A DNA stretch of 64,000 nt from assembly GCA_016926735.1 (NCBI GenBank), contig JAFGOA010000011.1, positions 1-64,000 of the forward strand. Reading direction: 5' to 3'. The position numbers and the translations under genes were made by a program. How positions within the stretch are numbered: the stretch's first letter is position 1; each line of letters opens with the position of its first letter. Below are positions 51,465-62,471 of this stretch, piece by piece. The DNA is from Promethearchaeota archaeon. Lineage in GTDB: Archaea > Asgardarchaeota > Lokiarchaeia > Sigyniarchaeales > SOKP01. Below the pieces are notes generated by a model that saw only the letters and a program-made list of their open reading frames with translations, had not been told where the DNA came from and ran no database searches.

Positions 51465-54400
51465 TTGATAGCTGAAATTATCTTAATTATAATTTTCTTT
51501 ATTTTCCTGATATTGGGTTATTATATAATTTATCGACAAGTTATACTTATAAAAAAAGGGAGCTTCTCTTTAAAAGACAGGTTCTTATGTTTTATCTATG
51601 GTTTTATATTTAGCATGGCAATTATGATTGTTATGTCTATGGCCTTTATATTTGCTATTAAGACTCCGGATTTATGGAAATTTATTCAACCTCAAGAAAA
51701 TATTCATCCAATAATGCTTGTACTACCTATAATTGTATGTTTGTGCTATATTATCATCTACCCCTTAGTAGATTTCATTTACATTGCTATTAACTCTGAA
51801 TCTAAAGAAGGATTGACAATTTTTCATAAAATTATAGGTAATAATTTTATAAATAGAAGTAATTCTAAAGTTATTTCTCTTTTTATGGCTTTATTTTTGT
51901 ATTTTTGTATTTTTTTACTTCCCTTAATTATCCTTATATTAGCAAATTTACCATTTATTTTTGTATGTATTACATGCTATTTGGTATATCCCCTTATGAT
52001 TCTCACTCATTATGGATCAAAGGGATATATAGCAGGATTACTTCATAATTATTACCATGTACCGGATTTTAAACGTTCTTTTTTTCTTGGTTTTGAAGAT
52101 TCAAAACGCGCATTTAAAGACTTCTCTAACGCTCCTTTACCAAGAATACTTATAGGATTTATGTTATTTGTCTTTGTTTGGCAATGGATTTCGCTGATAC
52201 AAACATTAAATCTTCTTTTTACCGGATCTTTAACTATTTCAACATATTCATATTCTGGTATGGTTTTCATTACACTGCTTTTTGGAATTATTGGGTATTT
52301 TACTAGATTTTGGGGAAGAAAAATAAAATATCGAGGAATGGACATCTTTTTTTCAGCTTATCTTATGGCAGCTGTTGGATTAAATATTTTCGTAAATTTT
52401 CTAATAGTTAATATCGATAAAATCGAGAATACATTAAATGCATGGATTTTAACTTCACAAATAACTTCTGATCCATTATTATTTGCAATTCCCGCAGTTA
52501 TTGAAGAGGTCTTTGTAATTTTGTTTATTTCATATTATTTCTTAAACAAAAAGAACTCTTTTGTAGCTAACTTTATAAAATCAAAGATCACTACTTGCGG
52601 TCAAATATTTGATCCTATTCCATTATTTAATTTTATAAAAAATAAAAAATCGGATATAAGAGATCACGCACGAAAATCATTAATAAATATGTATGAAAGA
52701 ATTCCTCTAAAAATTGAGATTGATCTTAATAAAGATAAGTACAAAAACTCTCTATTTGATGGTTTATGTGATTATGATAAGATAACAAGAGAAATTTCAT
52801 ATCAAATCCTCTTACAACTTGAAAAAAATGCACCAGAAATATTAATATCATGGATAATTGAAAATCTCCATGAACCTAATTATGATAAAATTTTTCCAGT
52901 ATTATATTCTTTAAATGAGGTAGATATTGATTTTCTTAACAGAATACCAAAATCTTTGATTTATGGATTACTTAATGATCCAGAATGGAGAGTACAAAAT
53001 TTATCACTTAAATTATTATCAAGATTACTAGAATCAAATAAAAATATCTTTGAAGAATTAGATATCCTAAAATTATTAGAGAATCCAAATTATGAGTTGC
53101 AAATTGAACTTATGAATATTTTATTAAAATTGTCTATACCTATCCCCGAGTATATACTTATCAGAAAAATTGAACACAAGAATAAAAACATTAAAGCAAT
53201 AGCAATTAAATATCTTATAAATCTTCCAAAAGATAAATTAAAACCAAAATTTATTTCAAAATTAATCCCCTTAATGACAGATCCTTCAAGTTCAGTTAGA
53301 GCATCAATATTTGAATTATTTGCAAATATTGGTCAATTTAATAAATATTCTTTATCGGTTTCTCCCTTCTTAGCTGGTTTAACTGATCCTGACGAAAAGT
53401 TAAGAAATGCATCGATATCTGGACTTTTAAAATATGCTGAAGAAAAGCCAAAAGCTTTAGATATTGATAATATTTCTAAAAGAATTGATAAAAAAGACAC
53501 AGAATCTCTTATTAGCATTATTACTCTTTTTGGTATGTTATGGGATAAAAATCCTGAAAAAATATTAAATTTATTTATGGAATTTATAAAATTTGAAGAT
53601 ATTAGAATAAAAGAAAAAATTTCGGAAATTTTAATTGAAAAATATAATTCAAGACCAAACTTGATTTTTGATAATGTAATTGAAATTCCTGATACATCAA
53701 AATTTATTACAAAGGGTATCATCTCAAAGACTCTAATTAAAATAGTTAATAAGGATCCTAAGAAGGTCATTCCTATGCTTAATAAAGTAATTTTTGATAT
53801 GAAAAAAGAAGAAAGTTGTTACAATGCGATTTCAGCTTTAGAAGGAATTAATAGTGACTTCTATGAATTAATTGATATTAGCACTTTAGTCTCAACTTTA
53901 AAAAAGAATCAAAACCCAAGAATAAGAACTTCTATCATTAATATTTTGATAAATATTGGAAAGATAAAACCACAATTGCTAAAATCAGAGATTCCAATTT
54001 TGATGGATATGGTTCACAAACAAGAAGTATCTTTTAGAATTACTTTTACAAAAGCTCTTGTGGAAATTACTGAAAAATCACCAAATATTATGAATTCAAA
54101 CACACTTTTAGAATTTCTTAATGATAAAGATTCTTTTGTAAGGGAATCAGCTACAAAAACTCTAGGTAAGATTGGAGTTAATATTGATGATTTTAAAAAA
54201 TCAATAGATCTATTACTAAACAAATCACTTACTGATAAAGAGTGGATTGTGAGAGAAGCTGCGGTTTCTAGTCTTGGTGAAATATTAGATAAAGTAGAAG
54301 AAAAAGGGTTTATCATTCAAAAATTAGTTCCTCTTTTAGATGATAAAGAAAGTTGGGTTAGAAGATCTGCACTGCTTATCTTATCAGAACTTGATAATAT

Positions 54401-54821
54401 TAGTTCTTCTGAAGTACCTTTTCATAAAATTTTGGGAAATATTTCTCATGAAGATGAGAATGTAAGACAAGCAGCTATTGGATTGTTAAGAATGTATTCT
54501 TATGATTATCTGAAAGAAAAATTTGATATTATTTTGACTTTATTAGAAGATCCATTCGAAGAAGTAAGATTTGAGATTATTAATATATTGATTGAGATTA
54601 TTATGAAAGAGGATATCGGTAAAATATTACCAAATTTATTAAAATATTTTAGTGATGATTTTTCAATTATATTACAAAGATCTATAGCAACTATTATTGG
54701 GCGCACAATTATATATTGTAATGAAGACATAAAAAAAAGAGCAATCTCACTTTTAAAGATCAGATGTGAAGTATCTCAAGATGAAACGATTTGTAAAATT
54801 TACCACCAACTCAAAAACTAA
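51465..54821 (+). CDS. Membrane-anchored HEAT-repeat protein
   Basis: ~360-aa multi-TM N-terminus followed by repeats such as LNDPEWRV, LNDKDSFVRESA..LG, LTDKEWIVREAA. Confidence 0.82.
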   Translation: MIAEIILIIIFFIFLILGYYIIYRQVILIKKGSFSLKDRFLCFIYGFIFSMAIMIVMSMAFIFAIKTPDLWKFIQPQENIHPIMLVLPIIVCLCYIIIYPLVDFIYIAINSESKEGLTIFHKIIGNNFINRSNSKVISLFMALFLYFCIFLLPLIILILANLPFIFVCITCYLVYPLMILTHYGSKGYIAGLLHNYYHVPDFKRSFFLGFEDSKRAFKDFSNAPLPRILIGFMLFVFVWQWISLIQTLNLLFTGSLTISTYSYSGMVFITLLFGIIGYFTRFWGRKIKYRGMDIFFSAYLMAAVGLNIFVNFLIVNIDKIENTLNAWILTSQITSDPLLFAIPAVIEEVFVILFISYYFLNKKNSFVANFIKSKITTCGQIFDPIPLFNFIKNKKSDIRDHARKSLINMYERIPLKIEIDLNKDKYKNSLFDGLCDYDKITREISYQILLQLEKNAPEILISWIIENLHEPNYDKIFPVLYSLNEVDIDFLNRIPKSLIYGLLNDPEWRVQNLSLKLLSRLLESNKNIFEELDILKLLENPNYELQIELMNILLKLSIPIPEYILIRKIEHKNKNIKAIAIKYLINLPKDKLKPKFISKLIPLMTDPSSSVRASIFELFANIGQFNKYSLSVSPFLAGLTDPDEKLRNASISGLLKYAEEKPKALDIDNISKRIDKKDTESLISIITLFGMLWDKNPEKILNLFMEFIKFEDIRIKEKISEILIEKYNSRPNLIFDNVIEIPDTSKFITKGIISKTLIKIVNKDPKKVIPMLNKVIFDMKKEESCYNAISALEGINSDFYELIDISTLVSTLKKNQNPRIRTSIINILINIGKIKPQLLKSEIPILMDMVHKQEVSFRITFTKALVEITEKSPNIMNSNTLLEFLNDKDSFVRESATKTLGKIGVNIDDFKKSIDLLLNKSLTDKEWIVREAAVSSLGEILDKVEEKGFIIQKLVPLLDDKESWVRRSALLILSELDNISSSEVPFHKILGNISHEDENVRQAAIGLLRMYSYDYLKEKFDIILTLLEDPFEEVRFEIINILIEIIMKEDIGKILPNLLKYFSDDFSIILQRSIATIIGRTIIYCNEDIKKRAISLLKIRCEVSQDETICKIYHQLKN

Positions 54822-54954
54822 CAATATTTTTGTAAATTCATGCTCTCTTTATTTTTATTAATTTATTATTAATTAGATAGTACAATAATTCTAAGTTAAT
54901 AATTGCATTAATATAAAATTGAAAATATTTTTAGTTATAACTTAAAAAATATAA

Positions 54955-57900
54955 GTGAGAATTATGACAACACCTCTCTCAAGTCCTAAATTACCCATTA
55001 ACATAATTCAGAGATTTGAAGATTTTTATCGTCTTTTTGAAGATTCTCCTGGCATTTACAAATATCAAGAACAAATAAAAGATATTAGTGCGAAAGGAGG
55101 AAATACTTTAACTATTTTCTATGAGGATCTTTTAGCTTTTGATTTTGAAATCGCAGAAATGTTAAAAAAAGATCCAGAACCATTGATTGAAGATTCTATT
55201 AAAGCCTTTAAAAATCTATTAAAATTCCAAACTAGTGACATCCACATAGATAGGGAATATTATGTAAGATTTTCTACCAAGGATGAAAAAAGTCCAATAG
55301 CGATTAGTATAAGGGGTTTAAGGTCAAAACATATAGATAAACTTGTTTGTATTAATGGAATAACTATACGAAGTTCTGTTGTTAGACCAAAATTAACGAA
55401 AGCAGTTTTCGAATGTATTGTATGTGGTTCTACTTTTGAAATATTACAATTAACATCAAGTATAAGATGGCCAAATTTTTGTTCTGAAAAAAGATGTAAA
55501 GCAAAGGCTAAATCGGATTTCCGACTCATTACTAAAAAATCTGAATTTATCGATTGGCAAAGTATTACTATTCAAGAAGTCCCAGAAGATCTTCCTCCTG
55601 GAAGAATACCCAGATCAATTCAAGCAATTTTAACCCATGATTTAGTTGATTATGTAAAACCTGGAGATCGAATAAAACTTGTTGGTATTTTTAAATCTGT
55701 ACTTGCAACCTCAATGAATAGTAACAATTCTAATCTCTTTAAAACATTCATTGAGACAAATTATATTGATCCCGAGGATAAAAGCGAAGAACACATTGAT
55801 ATAACAAAAGAAGAAAAAATTGAAATTGAAAATCTCGCTAAAGAACCATTCATACAAAGAAAAATCGCTCGTTCTATTGCACCAACAATTTATGGAAGAG
55901 ATGATCTAAAAATGGCATGTGCTCTAAGTCTCTTCGCTGGAACAAGAAAGAAAAAGTCAGGTGGGGGATATAAAAGAGGAGATATACATGTTCTATTTGT
56001 AGGAGATCCTGGAACAGGAAAAAGTATTCATGGCTCTGAAAAAATATATATCGGTGAAAAAAATTGTGAAAGGAAAAGATGGGTACAGAGATGTATTGGG
56101 AATTTTGTTGATGAGTTATTAAAAAAAAATTCTTCAAAGAAAATATTAAATGGAGATACAGAACTCCTTAGACTTGAAAATCTACCTGAATATTACACAT
56201 ATTCTATTAATCCTAAAAATTTCAAGACTCAAGAATCTAAAATTAATGAAATTAGTCGCCATAAAACTAAAATTCTTATTAAGATAAAAACTAAAAATGG
56301 AAGAGAAATTCTAGCAACTCCAAATCATTCTTTCTCAACTTTAATAAATGGTAAATTTCAAACAATTGATGCAAATCAACTATTTAATATGAAGAATTTT
56401 ATTACAAAATCAGATTCAAATCAACGGGTTTACTTACCTGTTGCAAGAAACATTGAATGTGATACAAATTTTCATAGTTTAAATATGGCAGATAATATTG
56501 ATGAGAAAGATTCTCAAAATTCTTATAATATAATTAAAAATATTTCTTTATATAATCAAGGTAAGATTACACTTAATTATGCAGCTAAAAATACAAATAT
56601 AGCTAAATCAACAATTCTATTATATAGTCAAAATTCCTCTTCCATCCCTTCTAGTGATTGGATTAGAAAAAAAGGAAAGATCAATTGGACGCCTCATTTT
56701 ATAGAATTAAATGATGTGATTGGTAGAATTGTCGGATTATATTTAGCGGAAGGAGATTTCAATAAAAATTCTGTTAGAATCACAAATACTCACCCTGATA
56801 TTATTAATTCTCTTCAAAAAGATATTAAATCCATTTTTAATAAAGTTTCAATTTATAATTATGATAATTCAATACAAATTCACAATTCTCTATTTAAAAA
56901 ATGGATTCTGAAAAATTTTGGAAATCATGCTGAAAATAAAAAAATCAATTCACAATTTCTTTTTACTCCTGAAATATTTCGTCTCGGTTTATTATCAGGG
57001 TATTTTTCTGGAGATGGTTATATTGAGAAAAATAATTTAAATATTGTAGCAATTACTGCTAGTAGAGAATTAGCATATGCTATCTCGGATATGTTAAGTA
57101 CATTTGGTATTTTTGCAACAATAGGGTATAAAAAAATAAAATCTGGACAATATAGAGGATATTTATATTATAAAATAATTCTAACTGGAGACGAAGCAAT
57201 TAAATTTCATAACAAAATTGGTTTTATCATAAAAAATAAACAAGATGAATTAAAAAAATCAATTCAAATTGCCTCAGAAACATATAGATATCAAAAAAAA
57301 GATACAATTCCAAATTTTGGACCCGCTCTAACAAATATAATGAAAGATCTTAGTATTAGTGCTCAAAGAGGATCTTGGATAAGAAGTTTTTATGGTGAAC
57401 TTCGTGGAAAGACACAGAGACAAAGAATGGGACGGATATACCTCCGTAAAATTGTTCAAAAATTAGAATTCCTTTATAATGAAAAAAGAAAAGAATATTG
57501 TAATGATCTAATCTGGTTAAGATCTTTATCTGAATCTGATATTTTATGGGATGAGATCGAGAATATAGATGTCATAGAAAGAAATTGTTATGTTTATGAT
57601 TTAGGAACAACTGATCATCATTTTATTGTAGCTAATGGAAACCTAATAGTACATAATAGTGAAATATTAAAATCTGCTGTAGAGATATCTCCAAGAGGAT
57701 TATATACTTCTGGAAAGGGTAGCTCAGCGGTTGGTCTCACGGCAGCGGTAATAAAAGATAATGATACTGGACAAATGAATTTAGAAGCTGGTGCTATTGT
57801 ATTAGCTAATGGAGGGGTTGCTGCTATAGATGAATTTGATAAAATGACTACTGCAGATAGATCGGCCCTGCATGAGGCACTTGAGCAGCAGACCGTAAGT

Positions 57901-58734
57901 ATAGCAAAGGCGGGGATTGTAGCAACCTTAAAAGCAGAAACAGCAGTTATCTCTGCTGCAAATCCTTATTCTGGAAGGTATGATATTTATAAAACACCAA
58001 CTCAAAATATACGACTTCCTCCATCCCTATTATCCAGATTTGATCTTATATTTGTAGTTGTTGATCGTCCAAATAAAGAAGAAGATGCTCAAATGGCTGA
58101 ATTTATATTACAGAATGCAATGGAAATGAATGAAGATGATAATCTTGATGATTATAAAGCTAAAGATTTTTCTCCTATTTCGGGTGAATTATTAAAAAAA
58201 TATATAAAACATGCAAAAAGAGCATGTAAACCAAGACTAACCAAAGTTGCTAAAAACCATATTAAAGAATTTTATCTCAGGTTACGTGGAGATTATAGTA
58301 GTGAAGATGCAATAGTATCAATTTTAGCAAGAAATCTTGATGCATTAGTTAGATTAAGTGAAGCCCATGCAAAAATGGCATTAAGAGAAAAAGTATTAAA
58401 AGAAGATGTTGTTGAGATTATTAAACTTTTCAAACGCTATCTAAAAGACACGGGTTATGACGAAACTACTGGAAAAATCGATATGGATAGAATATTCGTT
58501 GGAGAATCAAGAAGTAAATTAAATAAATTTGAGAAATTAATGGACAGAATCAAGGAGATATTTGAAGAGAATAATGGGAAAATGCTTGAAAGGAAATCCC
58601 TTATTCAAATACTAGATTTAGAGGAACAATTGGAAGAGGAATATATTAAGAAAATGCTTAAGAAATTGATCAATGAGGGTACTCTATATGAACCTAAACA
58701 AGGATATATTAAATTTACAAGAAATGAAGAATAG
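54955..58734 (+). CDS. mcm: Replicative helicase MCM with one intein
   Basis: Zn finger CIVC..C....C, GDPGTGK|S, IDEFDKM, LHEALEQQTVSIAKAG, SRFD. Confidence 0.96.
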   Translation: MRIMTTPLSSPKLPINIIQRFEDFYRLFEDSPGIYKYQEQIKDISAKGGNTLTIFYEDLLAFDFEIAEMLKKDPEPLIEDSIKAFKNLLKFQTSDIHIDREYYVRFSTKDEKSPIAISIRGLRSKHIDKLVCINGITIRSSVVRPKLTKAVFECIVCGSTFEILQLTSSIRWPNFCSEKRCKAKAKSDFRLITKKSEFIDWQSITIQEVPEDLPPGRIPRSIQAILTHDLVDYVKPGDRIKLVGIFKSVLATSMNSNNSNLFKTFIETNYIDPEDKSEEHIDITKEEKIEIENLAKEPFIQRKIARSIAPTIYGRDDLKMACALSLFAGTRKKKSGGGYKRGDIHVLFVGDPGTGKSIHGSEKIYIGEKNCERKRWVQRCIGNFVDELLKKNSSKKILNGDTELLRLENLPEYYTYSINPKNFKTQESKINEISRHKTKILIKIKTKNGREILATPNHSFSTLINGKFQTIDANQLFNMKNFITKSDSNQRVYLPVARNIECDTNFHSLNMADNIDEKDSQNSYNIIKNISLYNQGKITLNYAAKNTNIAKSTILLYSQNSSSIPSSDWIRKKGKINWTPHFIELNDVIGRIVGLYLAEGDFNKNSVRITNTHPDIINSLQKDIKSIFNKVSIYNYDNSIQIHNSLFKKWILKNFGNHAENKKINSQFLFTPEIFRLGLLSGYFSGDGYIEKNNLNIVAITASRELAYAISDMLSTFGIFATIGYKKIKSGQYRGYLYYKIILTGDEAIKFHNKIGFIIKNKQDELKKSIQIASETYRYQKKDTIPNFGPALTNIMKDLSISAQRGSWIRSFYGELRGKTQRQRMGRIYLRKIVQKLEFLYNEKRKEYCNDLIWLRSLSESDILWDEIENIDVIERNCYVYDLGTTDHHFIVANGNLIVHNSEILKSAVEISPRGLYTSGKGSSAVGLTAAVIKDNDTGQMNLEAGAIVLANGGVAAIDEFDKMTTADRSALHEALEQQTVSIAKAGIVATLKAETAVISAANPYSGRYDIYKTPTQNIRLPPSLLSRFDLIFVVVDRPNKEEDAQMAEFILQNAMEMNEDDNLDDYKAKDFSPISGELLKKYIKHAKRACKPRLTKVAKNHIKEFYLRLRGDYSSEDAIVSILARNLDALVRLSEAHAKMALREKVLKEDVVEIIKLFKRYLKDTGYDETTGKIDMDRIFVGESRSKLNKFEKLMDRIKEIFEENNGKMLERKSLIQILDLEEQLEEEYIKKMLKKLINEGTLYEPKQGYIKFTRNEE
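56023..57657 (+). mobile_element. Intein (545 aa) with LAGLIDADG homing endonuclease in the MCM Walker A motif
   Basis: Starts SIHGSEK after GDPGTGK; block B ATPNH; GLYLAEGD and GYFSGDG; ends VYDL...VHN|S. Confidence 0.93.
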
Positions 58735-58740
58735 ATCTCT

Positions 58741-60822
58741 ATGGAAAAGTATTATAAACCCACACAGGGACTAAAAAATAATAAAATAAAGCATCGTTTC
58801 AATGAATATTTCTTCAAGGATAATTTAAATGATGAACAATTAGAAGTTATTGAAAATCTTGGAGGACCTATGATTATTATTGCGGGGGCTGGCTCTGGCA
58901 AAACCAGAATTATAACATATAGTGTTGCAAAATTATTAAGTAAAGATATAAAGCCTTCTGAAATTATGCTAGTAACTTTTACTAATAAAGCAACAGATGA
59001 AATGTTAAAAAGAATTAAAGAAATAATTGGATATATGCCAAAAGGTATATGGGGAGGTACTTTTCATTCATTAGCTAATAGATTTATTAGAATATATACT
59101 GAAGAAGCTGGATTAAGACCTGCATATACAATAATTGATCAATCTGATTCTTTATATCTCATTAAATTAATAAAAGAATATAATTATAAAGATAAAGATT
59201 TTGGATTTATTCCTTCACCAAAAATTTGTTTTAAAATATATTCCTATTCAATCAATAAAAACAAATCGATACGTACAATTTTAATGGAAAATTATTCTGA
59301 ATATAATCAAGAAAAGAATCTCAACAGTATAAAAGAGATTTTAAAAAAATACGAGCAGAGAAAGAAATTAAATAATTTTGTTGATTTTAATGATCTTCTT
59401 ATTATTTGGAATAAATTGTTAGATTCAAAAAAAATTGCACAAAAAATAGCCCAAAAAATAAAATACATTTTAGTCGATGAATATCAAGACACAAATTATC
59501 TACAATCCCAAATAATTTATAAAATAGCAAAATTAAATAACAATATTATTGTTGTTGGAGATGATGCTCAAAGTATTTATGGTTTTCGAGGAGCTAATTT
59601 TAAAAATCTTTTAGGGTTTGAAAAATTATTTCCTAATTTTAAAAAATATAAAATTAGCTATAATTATCGATCTACTTCTGAAATTCTAGATTTAGCCAAT
59701 AACTCCATTAAGAATAATAAAATTCAATTCAAAAAAAAAATGATATCAACAAGAAGAATTCAAAAAAAGCCATTTCATATAATTGTTAGTAATGAACTTG
59801 AACAAGCAGAGTTTATTATTTCCAAGATTTTTGAACTAAAACATAGAGGGATCAATTATTCAGATATTTCAATCCTTTTCAGATCAAATTATCACTCATT
59901 AGTTTTACAAAAACAACTTCAGTCTCATAAAATACCTTTTTTAGTACGATCAGGTCTATCTTTTTTTGAACAATCTCATATAAAAGATTTCATTTCCTTT
60001 TCTAAAATTGCTCTAAATCAATGTGATGAATTAGCTTGGAGAAGAATCTTAAAAATCATTCCAGGAATTGGAAAAATCAGTACTGAAAGAATTATTGAGA
60101 TAATATTCACAAATCAAAATCAAAAAAATTCTATATTAAAAAATAATCTCCTTTTAGAAAAAGTCAAAAAATTTAAATTAAAACAAAAATCCTTTGATTT
60201 ATTAAATAAATTCTTTAGAGATTTTAAGGAATTTAATAGTAATACGAATCCAATAGAAGTATTCAAAGCTACACTTAATTTTACTAAAAATTATATTGAA
60301 AATAAATATAACAATTTAAATAAAAGATTGAAAGATATTGACCAATTGAAAGAGTTTTATAAACAATATAAAACAATCAAAAATCTTTTTGATGATATAA
60401 GTTTGAATATTGAAGAATCGGATAATTCTTCCGAAGTTCATGAAAAGGATAAAGATCGAATAATTTTATCAACAATTCACAGAGCTAAAGGGTTGGAATG
60501 GAAAATTGTTTTTTTAATTTCTTTAACTGAAATGATATTTCCTTCCTCTCAAAATATGAATAATCAAGAAAAGTTGGAAGAGGAAAGAAGGATATTTTAT
60601 GTTGGAGTAACCAGAGCTAAAGATGAGTTATATTTAGTTTCACCGCAAGAATATAATATAATTGGAAAGAAAATAAATTCAACAATATCTCGATTTGTAG
60701 CTGAACTTGATAATAATTTATATAATAAAATTGCACCTTACAATTACGATACTTCTGATAAGGAATTTTTTAAAAATCTTAATTTTATAACTGCTGATAA
60801 ATTATTTCATGATAAAAAATAA
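58741..60822 (+). CDS. uvrD: UvrD/PcrA-family SF1 helicase
   Basis: AGAGSGKT, TFTNKA, GTFHS, VDEYQD, GDDAQSIYGFRGA, NYRS, STIHRAKGLE, EERR..YV..TRA. Confidence 0.92.
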   Translation: MEKYYKPTQGLKNNKIKHRFNEYFFKDNLNDEQLEVIENLGGPMIIIAGAGSGKTRIITYSVAKLLSKDIKPSEIMLVTFTNKATDEMLKRIKEIIGYMPKGIWGGTFHSLANRFIRIYTEEAGLRPAYTIIDQSDSLYLIKLIKEYNYKDKDFGFIPSPKICFKIYSYSINKNKSIRTILMENYSEYNQEKNLNSIKEILKKYEQRKKLNNFVDFNDLLIIWNKLLDSKKIAQKIAQKIKYILVDEYQDTNYLQSQIIYKIAKLNNNIIVVGDDAQSIYGFRGANFKNLLGFEKLFPNFKKYKISYNYRSTSEILDLANNSIKNNKIQFKKKMISTRRIQKKPFHIIVSNELEQAEFIISKIFELKHRGINYSDISILFRSNYHSLVLQKQLQSHKIPFLVRSGLSFFEQSHIKDFISFSKIALNQCDELAWRRILKIIPGIGKISTERIIEIIFTNQNQKNSILKNNLLLEKVKKFKLKQKSFDLLNKFFRDFKEFNSNTNPIEVFKATLNFTKNYIENKYNNLNKRLKDIDQLKEFYKQYKTIKNLFDDISLNIEESDNSSEVHEKDKDRIILSTIHRAKGLEWKIVFLISLTEMIFPSSQNMNNQEKLEEERRIFYVGVTRAKDELYLVSPQEYNIIGKKINSTISRFVAELDNNLYNKIAPYNYDTSDKEFFKNLNFITADKLFHDKK

Positions 60823-60850
60823 TAAAAAAAATCAATTATATATCTTTAAA

Positions 60851-61128
60851 TGAACTACATACAGTCTAAAGACTTTTACACTCTATAAGTACGCTCTTTC
60901 TTCTACAATGGATATAGCTATTCATCACAATAAACTATTCTATTTTTTTAAGAATAATTCCTCGTTCACGGAAGGAATATACCATACGAAATTCATTTTA
61001 CAAGAATTCAAATTTTATATCTATAACAATAGATGATATGAATCGTAAAAAGAGGAATATAAAAAAGATTAATGTTTTTTATTTGAATCTCAAATCATCA
61101 CCTTCATAAATAAAGATGTGTTCTTGAT
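60851..61128 (-). mobile_element. IS200/IS605-derived miniature element, copy C
   Basis: Minus strand: TCAAGAACAC...GATGATTTGAG left end; CCTTCCGTGAACGAGGAAT core; AGTC-TTTA-GACT...GTAGTTCA right end. Confidence 0.7.
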
Positions 61129-61130
61129 TA

Positions 61131-61718
61131 ATGATAATGATAAAAATGTCTCTAGTTATTGATAATTTAAAAGAAGCAATTATTGGAGAGTCTATTGCGA
61201 AAAGAAAATATGAATTATTTTCTGAAAATGCAATAAAAGAAAATCAAAATGAAATTGCCCATATTTTTAGAGCAGTCTCATCAGCAGAAGAAATACATAT
61301 AAAAAATCATCTAAAAGCATTATCAATTATTTCCAAGATTTCAATTGAACAAATTAAAACAGAGCTTCTTGAAGATATACATTATGATATAAATAAAAAT
61401 AATAATACGATTTCTAATTTAGAAGATGCGATTAAAGGAGAAAATTATGAATCAAAAGTAATGTACAAAAATTTTGAAAAAAATGCTTTAAATAATAAAA
61501 ATAATTTAGCAGAGCTTAGTTTTTCTTTAGCTAGAAAAGCTGAAAAAATCCATGCTAAAATATTTTCTAATTACTTAAGGGAGCTCAAAAAAAATAGACC
61601 TATCAATGCAAAGAAAATATATATATGTAAAATTTGTGGAAATGTAGAGTTTGGTAATCCTCCTGCTAAATGTCCTATATGTGATCATTCAAGTAAATTT
61701 TTCAAGGAAATAATGTGA
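61131..61718 (+). CDS. Rubrerythrin
   Basis: GES.A, EEIH, GE.YE, EKIH di-iron motifs; CKICG...CPIC. Confidence 0.9.
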   Translation: MIMIKMSLVIDNLKEAIIGESIAKRKYELFSENAIKENQNEIAHIFRAVSSAEEIHIKNHLKALSIISKISIEQIKTELLEDIHYDINKNNNTISNLEDAIKGENYESKVMYKNFEKNALNNKNNLAELSFSLARKAEKIHAKIFSNYLRELKKNRPINAKKIYICKICGNVEFGNPPAKCPICDHSSKFFKEIM

Positions 61719-61742
61719 TAAATGGAAAATCCTATTTTGAAA

Positions 61743-62450
61743 TTATAATGAAGGAATTATATGATCAAGCCATAATCCAATGCTGAATGAAACAAAAAAT
61801 CCTATTATTCCTATTAAAATCATCTCAATTGCGCTTTTTATTTTTTGTTCTCCAGTTATTTTTGTTTTTATAAATCCGACTATAAACAACATAGAAAAAG
61901 AAATTATAGATGATAAAATTAAAGAAATCACACCTAAATTTAAGAAATATGGAAATAATGTTGTAAATGCACCCAGTACAAAAGCAATAAAAGTAAGAAC
62001 CCCTCCAATTAACGGATTTTCGGGGGTATCCAATCCTAACTCTCCTTTAATTAAAAAATCTAACCATATTTCCTTATTTGAAGTTATTTTTTTTGTACTT
62101 TCTTCAAGTAAATGGCCTTCAAAACCCCATGACTGAAATATTTCTTTTACTTCTTCTTCCTCTTCTTTTGGAAATAATTCAATTTCAGCTTCTTCCTTAT
62201 TTAATTCATTATTAATATATTTTACTTCACTTTTTGAAGATATATATTCTCCTAAACCCATACTTATTGCTCCAGAAACCATTGCAGCAATACCTGTAAG
62301 AATTACGATTACATTATTACCTGATGAAATAGTTGCAGTAGCGATTCCTACTAATAATGTAAAGGTTGATATAAGCCCATCATTAAATCCTAAAATAATA
62401 CTACGGATCTTTTCTCCTCCTTGAATATGTTTTTCATTTCTCTCTTCCAT
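61743..62450 (-). CDS. VIT1/CCC1 family iron/manganese transporter
   Basis: LGFNDGL, GAISMGLGEYIS, E-rich loop. Confidence 0.92.
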   Translation of the reverse strand: MEERNEKHIQGGEKIRSIILGFNDGLISTFTLLVGIATATISSGNNVIVILTGIAAMVSGAISMGLGEYISSKSEVKYINNELNKEEAEIELFPKEEEEEVKEIFQSWGFEGHLLEESTKKITSNKEIWLDFLIKGELGLDTPENPLIGGVLTFIAFVLGAFTTLFPYFLNLGVISLILSSIISFSMLFIVGFIKTKITGEQKIKSAIEMILIGIIGFFVSFSIGLWLDHIIPSL

Positions 62451-62471
62451 TTTAGACCCTAAAAAATATGT

